Below, one piece after another: positions 25,388 to 35,988 of a stretch of DNA of 64,000 nucleotides. The translations under genes were made by a program, and so were the position numbers. The stretch is from Gammaproteobacteria bacterium. GTDB taxonomy: Bacteria > Pseudomonadota > Gammaproteobacteria > Ga0077536. A model generated the notes under the pieces. That model saw only the letters and a program-made list of their open reading frames with translations. It was not told the origin of the DNA and did not search any database. How positions within the stretch are numbered: position 1 is the first letter of the stretch; every line of letters begins with the position of its first letter. Where the stretch lies: assembly GCA_016874535.1 (NCBI GenBank), contig VGUA01000003.1:4221-68220 (forward strand), in the 5' to 3' direction.

Positions 25388-27094
25388 ATGCAGTATGACG
25401 TCATCATCAAGAACGCCATGATCGTGGATGGCTCGGGGAGTGCCGCGTATCCGGGGGACATCGGCATCAAGGGCAGCCGCATCGTCACCGTGGGACGAGT
25501 TCGTGCACCTGCCGGGCGCGTGATCGACGCCGAAGGGCATGCGGTCACCCCCGGCTTCGTGGACGGCCACACGCACATGGATGCGCAGGTGTTCTGGGAT
25601 CCGCTCGGCAGTTCCAGCTGCTATCACGGCGTGACGACCGCCATCATGGGCAACTGCGGGTTCACCTTGGCGCCCTGCCCGCGCGAGGAAGCGGACTATG
25701 TGTTCCGCAATCTGGAGCGCGCAGAGGATTTGCCGCGTGAATCCATGCTCGCCGGTATCGACTGGCGCTGGGAAAGCTTTCCGGAATTCCTCGATGTGGT
25801 GGATGCGCTGCCGAAAGGCATCAATTACGGCGGCTACATTGGGCACTCGGCCTTGCGCACCTACGTGATGCGCGAACGCGCCTTCAGTGAACAGGCCACA
25901 TCGGATGAGCTTGCGCGCATGGAGCACGAAGTGCGCACTGCCATCAAGGCGGGCGCGATAGGCTTTTCCACCTCGCGCACCTACAACCATCTCACGTCCG
26001 ATGACAGGCCGGTGGCGAGCCGTGTGGCGGACTGGAGCGAAGTGCGCGCCTTGGTGAATGCCATGGGCGAGACCGGTGCCGGCATCTTCGAGATCGCGAG
26101 CGAAACCCCCGGTCGCAAACCGGAGCGCCAGAAGGAATATTTTGATCGCCTCGTGGAGCTGACTGTGGAGTCCGGTCGTCCGCTCACCTATGGCATGTTC
26201 TCCACGCGCCTCGCATCGGATGTATGGCGGCCCTTCTATGAAGTGGCGAATGAAGCGGCGCGCGCCGGTGGACGCATCTTCGTGCAATGCCACAGCCGGC
26301 ATCTGTCCACCCTGCTCTCCTTCGAAACCCATACGCCGTTTGATACCTGGGAGGTGTGGCGTGATCTGCGCGCACATCCTCTGGAAGAGCAGAAACGTCT
26401 GCTGCGGGATCCGGACTGGCGGCGGCGCCTGCTGGACGTGGCCACGCGCCCCTATGACGGCCCCATGGTGGTGGGCGCGGAGGCGCGCCCGCCGGAGTGG
26501 GACTGGCTGTGGGTGATGAACGACATCGGCGTTGAGGAGCGCATGGACGATGTGGGCGCAAAGCGTGGCGTGCATCCGGCCGAGGCGATGATCGACCTCG
26601 CGCTGGAACGTGACTTCAAGGTGTTCTTTCGCCAGCCGCTCGCCAATGAAGATCAGGAGCACGCGCTGGAAATGATGCGGCATCCGCGCAGCGTGGTGAC
26701 CTTCTCGGATTCGGGCGCACACGTGGCGCAGATCATGGATTCCTCGCTGCAGACCCATCTGCTCAGTCATTGGGTGCGGGAAAAGCAGGAATTCACCTTC
26801 GAGCAGGCCGTGCGGCTCATCACCTATGACACGGCGACGGCCTGGGGCCTGCATGACCGGGGGCTCATCCGCGAGGGCATGAACGCCGACCTGCTGGTGA
26901 TCGACCCGCAGACCGTTGCGCCGCTGATGCCCACGGTGGAGCATGACCTGCCCGCAGGCGCCAAGCGTCTGGTGCAGAAATCCACCGGCATCCGTTATAC
27001 CTTGGTGAACGGGCAGGTGATGCTGGAGGATTGTCGGCCAACCGGTGCCTTGCCCGGCCGACTCGCACGCGGCCCCCTCGCGGTGGCGCGCTGA
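25388..27094 (+). CDS. N-acyl-D-amino-acid deacylase (D-aminoacylase) family amidohydrolase
   Basis: MQYDVIIKNAMIVDGSGS...GFVDGHTHMD...GVTTAIMGNCGFTLAP...TFSDSGAH. Start chosen at 25388. Confidence 0.85.
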   Translation: MQYDVIIKNAMIVDGSGSAAYPGDIGIKGSRIVTVGRVRAPAGRVIDAEGHAVTPGFVDGHTHMDAQVFWDPLGSSSCYHGVTTAIMGNCGFTLAPCPREEADYVFRNLERAEDLPRESMLAGIDWRWESFPEFLDVVDALPKGINYGGYIGHSALRTYVMRERAFSEQATSDELARMEHEVRTAIKAGAIGFSTSRTYNHLTSDDRPVASRVADWSEVRALVNAMGETGAGIFEIASETPGRKPERQKEYFDRLVELTVESGRPLTYGMFSTRLASDVWRPFYEVANEAARAGGRIFVQCHSRHLSTLLSFETHTPFDTWEVWRDLRAHPLEEQKRLLRDPDWRRRLLDVATRPYDGPMVVGAEARPPEWDWLWVMNDIGVEERMDDVGAKRGVHPAEAMIDLALERDFKVFFRQPLANEDQEHALEMMRHPRSVVTFSDSGAHVAQIMDSSLQTHLLSHWVREKQEFTFEQAVRLITYDTATAWGLHDRGLIREGMNADLLVIDPQTVAPLMPTVEHDLPAGAKRLVQKSTGIRYTLVNGQVMLEDCRPTGALPGRLARGPLAVAR

Positions 27095-27231
27095 AGCGAA
27101 TCACCTCAAGCGCCATCACACCGCTCCGGGCAGGGTGCGAGTTGCCTCCCCGGGGGGGCTCATTTACCCTGCGGGCCCCACGAGGCAGAACCGCGCCATG
27201 AGTTCCCTGTTTCCCCTGCCAGGCTTCCGCC

Positions 27232-28710
27232 ATGACCCCCGCTGAGTTCGCGCAATACGCCGCCCAAGGCTATACCCGCGTGCCCGTGGTACGGCGGGTG
27301 TTGGCAGACCTCGACACGCCCCTGAGTGTCTATTTGAAGCTCGCAGCGGGGCCGTACAGCTATCTGCTGGAGTCCGTCGAGGGCGGCGAGAAGTGGGGCC
27401 GCTATTCCATCATCGGCCTGCCGGCCCGCACGCTCGTCCGTGCGCGCGACGAGCGCCTCGAGGTGGTGCACGAGGGCACGGTGACGGAATCCCATACCGG
27501 CCGAGATCCCTTCGCCTTCGTGCGCGAATTCCTGGCCCGCACACGCGCGCCCACCCTGCCGGTGTCTCGCTTCAGTGGAGGCTTGGTCGGGTATTTCGGG
27601 TACGACACGGTGCGCCACGTGGAGCCCCGCCTGAAAGCGACCATGCCACCGGATCGCCTGGGCACACCCGATGTGCTGCTGATGGTGGCGGATGAATACG
27701 TGGTGTTCGACAACCTGCGCGGCGACATGCAAATCGTCTGTGAAGTGGATCCGCGCGCGCCCGCAGCGCTGGAGCATGCCGAGGCGCGGCTTGCGGCACT
27801 GGAAGCACGGCTGCGCCAGCCACTGGCCGAGGGCACGACCCCCAAGGGCAAGCCGGTGAGCGAGACGGATTTCATCTCCGAGTTCGGGCAGGAAGCCTTC
27901 GAGCAGGCGGTGCTGCGCATCAAGGATTACATCATCGAAGGCGATGCCTTCCAGGTGGTGCCTTCGCAGCGCATGTCGGTGCCTCTGTCGGCCGCGCCCA
28001 TCAACGTGTATCGCGCGTTGCGGCACCTCAATCCCTCGCCGTATCTTTTCTTCATCGATCTGGAGGACTTCCAGATCGTCGGCTCCTCGCCGGAGATTCT
28101 GGTTCGGCTCGAAGGCAGTGCGGTGACCACGCGGCCGCTCGCCGGCACGCGCAAGCGCGGCGCCACCGAAGCGGAAGATCTGGCGCTGGAGCAGGAGCTG
28201 CTCGCCGATCCCAAGGAAGTGGCGGAGCACGTGATGCTCATCGATCTCGGCCGGAATGATGTTGGCCGAGTAGCAGTGCCGGGCACGGTGCGCGTGACCG
28301 AGCAGCTGGTGATCGAGCGTTACTCGCACGTGATGCACATCTCGTCCAACGTGGAAGGCCAGCTTGCCGAGGGGCGCGATGCCATCGATGTGCTGCGCGC
28401 CACCTTGCCGGTGGGCACGCTCTCCGGCGCGCCAAAAATCCGTGCCATGGAGATCATCGATCAACTAGAGCCGGTCAAACGCGGCATCTATGGTGGCGCC
28501 GTCGGCTACATCTCCTGGAATGGCAACATGGATACCGCCATCGCCATCCGCACGGCAGTGATCAAGGACGGACGCCTCTACATTCAGGCAGGCTGCGGCG
28601 TGGTGGCCGATTCCGTGCCGCGCCTGGAGTGGGAGGAAACCCTCAACAAAGGCCGGGCGATGTTCCGCGCAGTGGCCATGGCCGAGCGAGGCCTTGAAAC
28701 AGGACACTGA
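27232..28710 (+). CDS. trpE: anthranilate synthase component I
   Basis: [17 protein letters not shown], ...[10 protein letters not shown]..., [35 protein letters not shown]; 492 aa. Confidence 0.92.
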   Translation: MTPAEFAQYAAQGYTRVPVVRRVLADLDTPLSVYLKLAAGPYSYLLESVEGGEKWGRYSIIGLPARTLVRARDERLEVVHEGTVTESHTGRDPFAFVREFLARTRAPTLPVSRFSGGLVGYFGYDTVRHVEPRLKATMPPDRLGTPDVLLMVADEYVVFDNLRGDMQIVCEVDPRAPAALEHAEARLAALEARLRQPLAEGTTPKGKPVSETDFISEFGQEAFEQAVLRIKDYIIEGDAFQVVPSQRMSVPLSAAPINVYRALRHLNPSPYLFFIDLEDFQIVGSSPEILVRLEGSAVTTRPLAGTRKRGATEAEDLALEQELLADPKEVAEHVMLIDLGRNDVGRVAVPGTVRVTEQLVIERYSHVMHISSNVEGQLAEGRDAIDVLRATLPVGTLSGAPKIRAMEIIDQLEPVKRGIYGGAVGYISWNGNMDTAIAIRTAVIKDGRLYIQAGCGVVADSVPRLEWEETLNKGRAMFRAVAMAERGLETGH

Positions 28711-30670
28711 GCTGTCCACGGCGCCCCGCGCGCTGCTGCTCGTTTCCACCGAGCAGGGCTATGGCGGCGCAGAGCGCAATCTCGAGCTCCTGGTTCGCCA
28801 TTTGCCCGCCGGGATTCGCGTGGGCGTGCTGGCCCAGTCGCGGCGGCACATTGATGAACTCACCGCCATCCAGCGACCCGGTCTGCAGATTCGAACACTG
28901 GACGAGGACTGCAAGCCCGCCGACACGCGGGCACTGCATGCGCTGCTCGGCCTGTACCGCGCCCTGCGTCCGGATGCGGTGCTGGTGAACACACGGCCCG
29001 GGGCCCGCCTCATGCGCGAGGCGGTGCGCTGGATTCCGGAAATCTCCCAGCAGACGTTTCTCTACGTCCACGACCTGTCGTGGCAGGAGACGCTGGAAGG
29101 TCTGCTGGTGAATCTGCCGGGCGCGAGCCTTCTGGTGCCAACCCGGGAAATGCTTCAGCACCTGCCGACACTTGCGCCGGACGCCATGCCCCGGGGACCC
29201 CATTTTGTCCACACGGCCCCATACCTGTCGCCGCCCGTGGTTGGCGAATCAGCCATTACCGAACTTCTGGCCTTGCTCGCCCCGGCGACCTCGTCCACGC
29301 CCGTGGATGCGCCACTCCGGGAGCTTGCCGGCGGTCCGAATGAATCTCGTGTTGTTCTCGATATGACGCTCAGTCTGCGCCGTGGTCATCGCGCACCCGC
29401 GGGAGTTGTCCGTGTTGAGCGAGAGGTGTGGGAAGTGCTGCAGGCTGCCCCGGATTTCGAGCTCGATTTCTGCCGCTGGGATCCGCGTGAAGAAAGGCTG
29501 CGGGCGCTTTCAGTCGCGGAACGGGAGTGGGTGGACACGGGCACCCTGCCTGCGCAAAACACCCATTGGCGGCCACAGGCATGGGATGTTGCCGTGACGG
29601 CAGCACTCGGGCAGGCCTGGATGACGCTGCCTGTTGCGCATAACCGGCCACCGGCGCTCATCACCCGGATGCTGACCTGGCGCGGTGTTGCCCGGCGTGA
29701 TCGACTGCTCGCCGCGCGCGCAGCCACGCGGCCACCCGCCGCGAAGGGACGCCACGTGCGAGTGTTTGCGGCCAATCCCTGGACCGTGATTCCTGCAGAG
29801 ACGCTGGCCCGATTCAAGCAGGAAGGCGCGGCGCTGGTCATGGTGCTGCACGATGTGCTGACTTGGGAAAAACCACACCTGACTGCTGGGCGGGAGGTGA
29901 CCGGCTTCGTTACCGGGATGCTGCAGACGCTGTGTCTTGCGGATCATCTCATCGCCGTCTCCCGGTATTCGCTGAGTGCTTTCCATGACGCATGCCGGGA
30001 GCACGGTCTGGTGCCACCGCCAGCGTCGGTGTGCAATCCCTCGGTCCCCACCGCACTTCTACCTGGCGCAGACGCCCATCCACCCGCAGGTCTCGCGGAG
30101 GGTGAGGCTTTCGTCCTGCTGTGTGCGACCCTCGAGGTGCGCAAGAACCACTTCCTGCTGCTGAACCTTTGGGAACGCCTGCTGGCGCGACTGGGCGCGC
30201 AACGTATTCCACGGCTGATCTTCGTCGGCGATTGGGGGTGGGGCTGCGATCACCTCAAGCTCTGGCTGGCGCGTGACTGGCACCTGGCCGGGCATGTGCT
30301 CCACCTGCCCCAGCTCGATGATGCCGGTCTGGCCTACCTCTACCGCCACGCACTGTTCACCCTGTTCCCGTCGTTTGCGGAGGGCTATGGCATGCCGGTG
30401 GCGGAGAGTCTTGCCGCAGGCACGCCGGTGGTGACGGCCAATCACCCGGCCTTGCTGGAGGCGAGCCAAGGGCTCATGCCGGCACTCGACCCCCTGGATC
30501 TGCCGGCATGGGAGAGAACTGTGGTTGATCTGTTGGAGAACCCGACTGCACTCGCTGCTCTGCGGTCACGTGCCGGGGATTGTCAAATGCAGGCACCCGG
30601 GTCGATGGGTGCTGAAATTGCGCGCGTGGCGCGCGGCTTGCTGGCCCAGGACAGGTCGCAACCCGCCTGA
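28694..30670 (+). CDS. two-module glycosyltransferase (GT4-like N-terminal half plus GT1/GT4 C-terminal module)
   Basis: [20 protein letters not shown] at the N-terminus; C-terminal [32 protein letters not shown] (E-x7-E). TTG start at 28694 overlaps trpE by 17 nt; the start is uncertain. Confidence 0.7.
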   Translation: MKQDTELSTAPRALLLVSTEQGYGGAERNLELLVRHLPAGIRVGVLAQSRRHIDELTAIQRPGLQIRTLDEDCKPADTRALHALLGLYRALRPDAVLVNTRPGARLMREAVRWIPEISQQTFLYVHDLSWQETLEGLLVNLPGASLLVPTREMLQHLPTLAPDAMPRGPHFVHTAPYLSPPVVGESAITELLALLAPATSSTPVDAPLRELAGGPNESRVVLDMTLSLRRGHRAPAGVVRVEREVWEVLQAAPDFELDFCRWDPREERLRALSVAEREWVDTGTLPAQNTHWRPQAWDVAVTAALGQAWMTLPVAHNRPPALITRMLTWRGVARRDRLLAARAATRPPAAKGRHVRVFAANPWTVIPAETLARFKQEGAALVMVLHDVLTWEKPHLTAGREVTGFVTGMLQTLCLADHLIAVSRYSLSAFHDACREHGLVPPPASVCNPSVPTALLPGADAHPPAGLAEGEAFVLLCATLEVRKNHFLLLNLWERLLARLGAQRIPRLIFVGDWGWGCDHLKLWLARDWHLAGHVLHLPQLDDAGLAYLYRHALFTLFPSFAEGYGMPVAESLAAGTPVVTANHPALLEASQGLMPALDPLDLPAWERTVVDLLENPTALAALRSRAGDCQMQAPGSMGAEIARVARGLLAQDRSQPA

Positions 30671-30687
30671 GCCGCTTCACGCCGTGA

Positions 30688-30906
30688 TCAGTCGATCACC
30701 ACCGCCACGAATCCGGCTTCCAGGCCTTCCTCGCCTTCCGCCACATTTACCGCACTCACCGTGCCCGCAGCGGGCGCCTCGTGCGGCACTTCCATCTTCA
30801 TCACTTCCATGATGAAAAGGGTATCGCCTGCCTGCACCTGATCACCCGGCTTCACCAGCACCTTCCACATGTTGCCGGCCGTCTGCAGTTCCACTTCGTG
30901 TGCCAT
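30688..30906 (-). CDS. biotin carboxyl carrier protein (biotinyl domain only)
   Basis: 72 aa with GDTLFIMEVMKMEVPHEAP (MKM biotinylation motif). Confidence 0.8.
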   Translation of the reverse strand: MAHEVELQTAGNMWKVLVKPGDQVQAGDTLFIMEVMKMEVPHEAPAAGTVSAVNVAEGEEGLEAGFVAVVID

Positions 30907-30932
30907 CGGAATATCGCTCCTCAATCAGGGAT

Positions 30933-31901
30933 TCATTCGAGACTGTCAGGGGTGCAACGTGCGGCCATGTCGCGGGCCCGTTGCTGCGCTTCGGTCACGG
31001 AGATGACCTGGAAGCGATAGACCTCGCCGGGTTTGGACTGGCCCAGTTTCCAGAACGCGCACTGGGGCACGGTATAGGGATTGATGAAGCCGCCACCGCT
31101 GGGGCCATCCGACACCAGGATGATGGGCGTCTGGCCGGCGAGATTGATGGCGCCCACGGGATAGCCGTGGTCCACGATGTTGGCGGGATCGGAGCCATGC
31201 TCCGGCAGCTTGTGGTAGGCGCGCTCAGTGAAGGTCCATTCCGGACCCTCCAGACGGAAGCCGCCGCGATCGGATTTGGAGGACAGCTTCCAGTCGGTCG
31301 CAAGGAAACGTTCATGGCCGGCAGCGTCGATCCAGTCATCATTCGGCCCTGCGACCACTTCCACCTGCCAGCGCTTGTCGGTGACGATGACCGGGCGCGC
31401 GGCCTCCTTCACTTTGAGTCCTGCACGGCCTTGGCCTTCGCCTACAGGTACAACCTGCCCGGCCTTGAGGGCATGACCCTCCATACCGCCCAGACCGCCC
31501 TTGTTGAAGGTGGCGCGGGAACCAAAGAAAACCTCGTTGCGGATACCACCGGCGATGGCGAGATAGCCTCGCGCACCGAGGCGGGCCGAGCCCATCGCAA
31601 GAGTCTGTCCAGCGTTCACGGCAATGCTCTGCCACAGCGGAACGGGCTCACCATCGAGCTTGGCCTGCATGTCTGCACCCGTGAGGGCGATGATGGTGTT
31701 GCGCTGGAACTTGAGGGTGGGGCCTATGAACTGGCATTCGAGCGCGGCATCGCCGGGAGCATTGCCGACCAGCACATTGGCGAGCCGGAAAGACCACGAA
31801 TCCATGGGGCCGGACCAGGGATAGCCGCAGTTGAGATAGCCATAGCGGCCGGGCCAGTCCTGAATGCTGGTCTCGAGGCCGGGTTTGATCACTTCGAGCA
31901 T
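30933..31901 (-). CDS. KipA / PxpC-like biotin-dependent carboxyltransferase subunit (allophanate hydrolase subunit 2 family)
   Basis: MLEVIKPGLETSIQDWPGRYGY...GPMDSWSFRLANVLVGN...; 322 aa. Confidence 0.85.
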   Translation of the reverse strand: MLEVIKPGLETSIQDWPGRYGYLNCGYPWSGPMDSWSFRLANVLVGNAPGDAALECQFIGPTLKFQRNTIIALTGADMQAKLDGEPVPLWQSIAVNAGQTLAMGSARLGARGYLAIAGGIRNEVFFGSRATFNKGGLGGMEGHALKAGQVVPVGEGQGRAGLKVKEAARPVIVTDKRWQVEVVAGPNDDWIDAAGHERFLATDWKLSSKSDRGGFRLEGPEWTFTERAYHKLPEHGSDPANIVDHGYPVGAINLAGQTPIILVSDGPSGGGFINPYTVPQCAFWKLGQSKPGEVYRFQVISVTEAQQRARDMAARCTPDSLE

Positions 31902-31911
31902 GGCTTTGTCC

Positions 31912-32784
31912 TCAGAACCGGGCGGTGCGATCCAGCGACTCGGCCCAGGCGCGATAGCGCTTGAGCGAAATCTTCTGGTAGCCGACAGCGTTGATCTGGT
32001 AGGTCCCCTCGGCGCACTTGCGCTCGATGGCCTCGAATTCTTCCAGGCTGCAATGCACGAACTTCAGGCGATCGGTAGGGCGCAGCAGGTGTGGCGCCTC
32101 GCGAAAAGGCTCCATCTTCTGCGACATGTCCCAGATGGGCACCGGCGTGCGCGCGAAGATCTGGTAACCCCCGGGACCATCCACTGGATAAATGGCCGTG
32201 GAACCGCCTCCCATGCCGATGGTGCCCTTGTAGGTGAAGGTGCGCGGCGGGTTGTACTTGGGCGCGAACAGTCTGCAACGTGGGTCAAGCGGCATCATGA
32301 ACGGCGTGCCCGGCCAGAAGCCCAGTGCAGCCACCCAGTATTCCGTGCCCGAATGCACGCGCACCATCTGCGCCGCATCTTCCAGGCCGTTGAGCTCGGC
32401 CACGAACTCCGGATCGCGCTTCTTGTTGGGATTGATCTTCTCGATGTACTGGTCGATGGCCTCCGCACTCCAAGGGTCGAGATATACCGCCGGGAAATAG
32501 ATGAGGCGGCTGTCGAGCTCCACATCATCGAGCGTCGTCAGGGTGCCGATGAGAGCCGCCATCTCGCGCTTCAGATCCTCGAAGCTGATCAGATCCGGGT
32601 CGTAGTGGATGAGGATGGTGGCAAAGAAGGGCGCTGCCTCGACGATGCCCTTCACCTGGTGCTCCGCGATGAGCTTGGCGAGCCCTTGCGCGCGGAAGTT
32701 GAGTTCCAGATTCAGCTCATCGCCGAATTCGATGGTCAGGAAGCGATCGCCACCTGGCAGGAATCGGGGTTGCTCGTAAATCAT
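31912..32784 (-). CDS. KipI / PxpB-like carboxyltransferase subunit (allophanate hydrolase subunit 1 family)
   Basis: MIYEQPRFLPGGDRFLTIEFGDELNLELN...GIVEAAPFFATILIHYDP...; 290 aa. Confidence 0.8.
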   Translation of the reverse strand: MIYEQPRFLPGGDRFLTIEFGDELNLELNFRAQGLAKLIAEHQVKGIVEAAPFFATILIHYDPDLISFEDLKREMAALIGTLTTLDDVELDSRLIYFPAVYLDPWSAEAIDQYIEKINPNKKRDPEFVAELNGLEDAAQMVRVHSGTEYWVAALGFWPGTPFMMPLDPRCRLFAPKYNPPRTFTYKGTIGMGGGSTAIYPVDGPGGYQIFARTPVPIWDMSQKMEPFREAPHLLRPTDRLKFVHCSLEEFEAIERKCAEGTYQINAVGYQKISLKRYRAWAESLDRTARF

Positions 32785-32833
32785 CTACGCTTTTTCTCCA
32801 GGTCGCATTCGCTCACCGGACACCCCGCGCGGC

Positions 32834-34204
32834 TCAGCCGACGAGGTCCTGCCGGTAGGTTTCCAGAAAGCCCGTGAACACGTCACCGCGGGCAAAAGCG
32901 GCGTGGTCCATGATCCGGCGCAGGAACCGGATGTTATTCGATATCCCCTCGATGCGGGTCTCGGCGAGCGCCGCCGCCATGTTGGCCAGCGCTTCCTCGC
33001 GCGTCTGGCCCCAGCAGACGAGCTTGGCGATCATGGGGTCGTACCAGGCGGTGATCGCATCGCCCTCTCGCACACCCGTGTCCACCCGCAGGGTGGGGCC
33101 GGACTCGGGCAGGCGCAGCTCGGTGAGTTTGCCGGGTGAGGGCAGGAACATCTTGTCCGGGTTCTCCGCGTAGAGGCGGCATTCGATGGCATGACCGCGC
33201 ACGACGAGGCCGGCTTGGGCCAGTTCGGTGAGCGCCTCACCCCGGGCCAGCCGCAGCTGCAGGCTCACGAGATCCTGGCCGGTGATCATTTCCGTGACCG
33301 GATGTTCCACCTGGATGCGGGTGTTCATCTCGAGGAAGAAGAATTCAAAAGTGGCGGCATCGACGATGAATTCCACCGTGCCTGCCCCTGCGTACTGCTG
33401 GGCTTCGGCCAGCGCCACGGCCGCGTGCGCCATGCGGTCGCGCACCGCGGCCGGCAGGCCGGGAGCCGGGGATTCCTCCACCACCTTCTGGAAGCGGCGC
33501 TGCAGGGAGCAGTCGCGCTCGAAGAGATGGACGGCCCGACCGTCTCCAAAGCCGAAGACTTGAATCTCCACATGGCGAGCCTTGGGAATGAAACGTTCCA
33601 GGAACACCGCCCCATCGCCAAAAGAGCGCTCGGCCATGGTCTGGGTGGCTTCCGCCACCTTGCGCAGCTGGCTTTCCTCCTCGACGAGACGCATGCCGAT
33701 ACCGCCGCCCCCAGCGGCAGCCTTGACCAGCAGCGGATAACCGACCGCTTGCGCCGCGCTCTCGAGGTCATTCAGATCGCCCATGCTGAAACGCCGGCTG
33801 CCGGGCACCACAGGGACCCCGGCGGCTTCCGCCAGGCTGCGCGCCCGCGCCTTGTCGCCCATGGCTTCAATCTGCTCGGGCGTGGGACCAACGAACACCA
33901 TGCCGGCAGCCGCGACCGCGCGCGCAAAACCGGCGTTCTCCGCCAGAAAGCCATATCCGGGGTGGACGGCATCTGCACCCGTGGCCTTGGCCGCTTCGAG
34001 GATGGCCTCCACCTTGAGATAACTTTCCGCTGCCTTGGGCGGACCAAGGCGGCAGGCTTCATCCGCCTGCAGCACATGGAGCGCATGTTCGTCCGCGTCG
34101 GAATACACGGCCACCGTGCGAATCCCCAGCTGGGGGGCGCTGCGGATGACACGACAGGCAATTTCGCCGCGATTGGCGATGAGCAGTTTCTGGATGGGCT
34201 TCAC
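32834..34204 (-). CDS. biotin carboxylase (AccC-like, ATP-grasp)
   Basis: KLLIANRGEIACRVIRS..., HPGYGFLAEN, ATP-grasp core, EMNTRIQVEHPVTE; 456 aa. Confidence 0.9.
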   Translation of the reverse strand: MKPIQKLLIANRGEIACRVIRSAPQLGIRTVAVYSDADEHALHVLQADEACRLGPPKAAESYLKVEAILEAAKATGADAVHPGYGFLAENAGFARAVAAAGMVFVGPTPEQIEAMGDKARARSLAEAAGVPVVPGSRRFSMGDLNDLESAAQAVGYPLLVKAAAGGGGIGMRLVEEESQLRKVAEATQTMAERSFGDGAVFLERFIPKARHVEIQVFGFGDGRAVHLFERDCSLQRRFQKVVEESPAPGLPAAVRDRMAHAAVALAEAQQYAGAGTVEFIVDAATFEFFFLEMNTRIQVEHPVTEMITGQDLVSLQLRLARGEALTELAQAGLVVRGHAIECRLYAENPDKMFLPSPGKLTELRLPESGPTLRVDTGVREGDAITAWYDPMIAKLVCWGQTREEALANMAAALAETRIEGISNNIRFLRRIMDHAAFARGDVFTGFLETYRQDLVG

Positions 34205-34380
34205 GCGTGGATATAGGGAGTTGCTGCAACCGCGCTCATCGTATGCGAGTTGTTTTCCCGGTGTAAATGTCGCGCCGCAATAGATCGGCCTCCGAGTCGT
34301 GAAGCACCAGCAGAGGGCATGTAGAAGGCTTGTGGTACCCTTGCCTGCAAATCAGAACAACGCCCGGTATCGGAGTCCCT

Positions 34381-35988
34381 GTGTACGAACTCGCCCAGCG
34401 CAGATTGAATCGCATGCAAGCCTTGGGCTGGGTGGATGCCCTGGCCGGCGGCAAGCGCGGCGTGGAAAAGGAAAGCCTGCGCATCACGCGCGAAGGGCGT
34501 CTGGCGCGCACGCTGCATCCTCAGTCCTGGGGCTCGGCCCTGACTCATCCGTATATCACCACCGACTATTCGGAAGCCCTGCCGGAATTCATCACGCCGG
34601 CGTTTGCGTCGAATGAGGAAGTTGCGGGCTTTCTGGACAACATACATCGCTTCATCTATCACACGCTCACCCCGGACGAACTGCTGTGGTGCGCGAGCAT
34701 GCCGTGCGCGATTCGCGATGATCAGGAGGTGCCCATCGCGGAGTTCGGGCACTCGAACATCGGACGCATGAAACATGTCTACCGCGTTGGCCTCGATTAC
34801 CGCTATGGCCGCAGGATGCAGACCATTGCCGGCGTGCATTTCAACTATTCCTTGCCGCTGGAATTCTGGCCGCTCTACCAGGCCATGGAACGGGATCCGG
34901 ACAGCCAGCGCAATTTCATCGACAAGCAGTACTTTGCGCTGATTCGTAATTTCCGTCGCCTCGGTTGGCTGGTGCCGTTGCTGTTTGGCAGCAGCCCGGT
35001 GGTGGGCAGCTCCTTCCTCGCCGGGCGCACGACGCGCTTCCGGCAGCTTGATCCGCATACCCACTACCTGCCGCACGCCACGTCACTGCGCATGAGTGAC
35101 ATCGGCTACAAGAACAAGAACCAGGCCGCGCTGCGCATGTCCTACGACACGCTCGACAATTACGTGCAGAGCCTGAGCCGCGCGATTGCAACGCCCTATC
35201 CGGAATACGAAGTGATCGGGCTTTACGACGGTGGCCAGCGCGTACAGCTGAACACCAACATGCTGCAGCTCGAGAACGAGTTCTACAGCTACATGCGACC
35301 CAAGCGCACCACCCGGCCGGGCGAAAAGCCCAGCAGCGCGCTGCGCGAGCGTGGGGTGGAGTATGTGGAGATGCGGGCGCTGGATGTGCAGGCCTTCAGT
35401 CGCAGTGGCGTCTCCACCGAACACATGTGTTTCCTCGAAGCATTCCTGCTGCTCTGCCTGCTGGCCGAAAGCGCGCCCATCAACGAGGAAGAGCAGTGGG
35501 CGATTGAATACAACGAACTGACCGTCGCCCTGCGTGGGCGCGAGCCCGGTCTCAGACTCATAGAGCGCGGTCGGCGCGTGTCCGTGGTGGATTGGGCGCA
35601 GCAGATCATGAAGGCCATGGAGCCCATCTGCGTGGTGCTCGACGCCGCCGCGGGTGGTGAGTGCTACCGCGATGCGCTGAGGGCCCAGCGGGCGGCTCTG
35701 CAGGATTTTTCACTGTTGCCGTCGGCGCGCATGGTGGCCGATCTGCGGGCTTCCGGCGAAAGCTTCCATGAATATGCGCTGGAGCGCTCGCAGGCCCATG
35801 CCGCGTGGTTTCGTGAAGACTCGCTGCCCGAGAAAGTACGCGCGCAGTTTCATGTCTGGGCCGAAGAGTCCTGGGTGGCGCAGCGCGCCTTGGAGGCGGA
35901 TGAGAGCCTCAATTTTGAGGATTACCTCGCACGCTACTTCGCCGGTCAGGGCGCGGACATCTCGGCCGCGGTCTGGAGCGAGGCATGA
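34381..35988 (+). CDS. gshA: glutamate--cysteine ligase
   Basis: ...GVEKESLRITREGRLARTLHPQSWGSALTHPYITTDYSEALPEFITP... is collinear with E. coli GshA. GGAG lies 7 nt before GTG 34381. Confidence 0.88.
   Translation: MYELAQRRLNRMQALGWVDALAGGKRGVEKESLRITREGRLARTLHPQSWGSALTHPYITTDYSEALPEFITPAFASNEEVAGFLDNIHRFIYHTLTPDELLWCASMPCAIRDDQEVPIAEFGHSNIGRMKHVYRVGLDYRYGRRMQTIAGVHFNYSLPLEFWPLYQAMERDPDSQRNFIDKQYFALIRNFRRLGWLVPLLFGSSPVVGSSFLAGRTTRFRQLDPHTHYLPHATSLRMSDIGYKNKNQAALRMSYDTLDNYVQSLSRAIATPYPEYEVIGLYDGGQRVQLNTNMLQLENEFYSYMRPKRTTRPGEKPSSALRERGVEYVEMRALDVQAFSRSGVSTEHMCFLEAFLLLCLLAESAPINEEEQWAIEYNELTVALRGREPGLRLIERGRRVSVVDWAQQIMKAMEPICVVLDAAAGGECYRDALRAQRAALQDFSLLPSARMVADLRASGESFHEYALERSQAHAAWFREDSLPEKVRAQFHVWAEESWVAQRALEADESLNFEDYLARYFAGQGADISAAVWSEA

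Noticed and set aside
27095-27231. Possible trp leader peptide or attenuator upstream of trpE.
   Set aside because: The only short ORF there ([15 protein letters not shown]) has no Trp codons. I could not find alternative terminator and antiterminator pairings.
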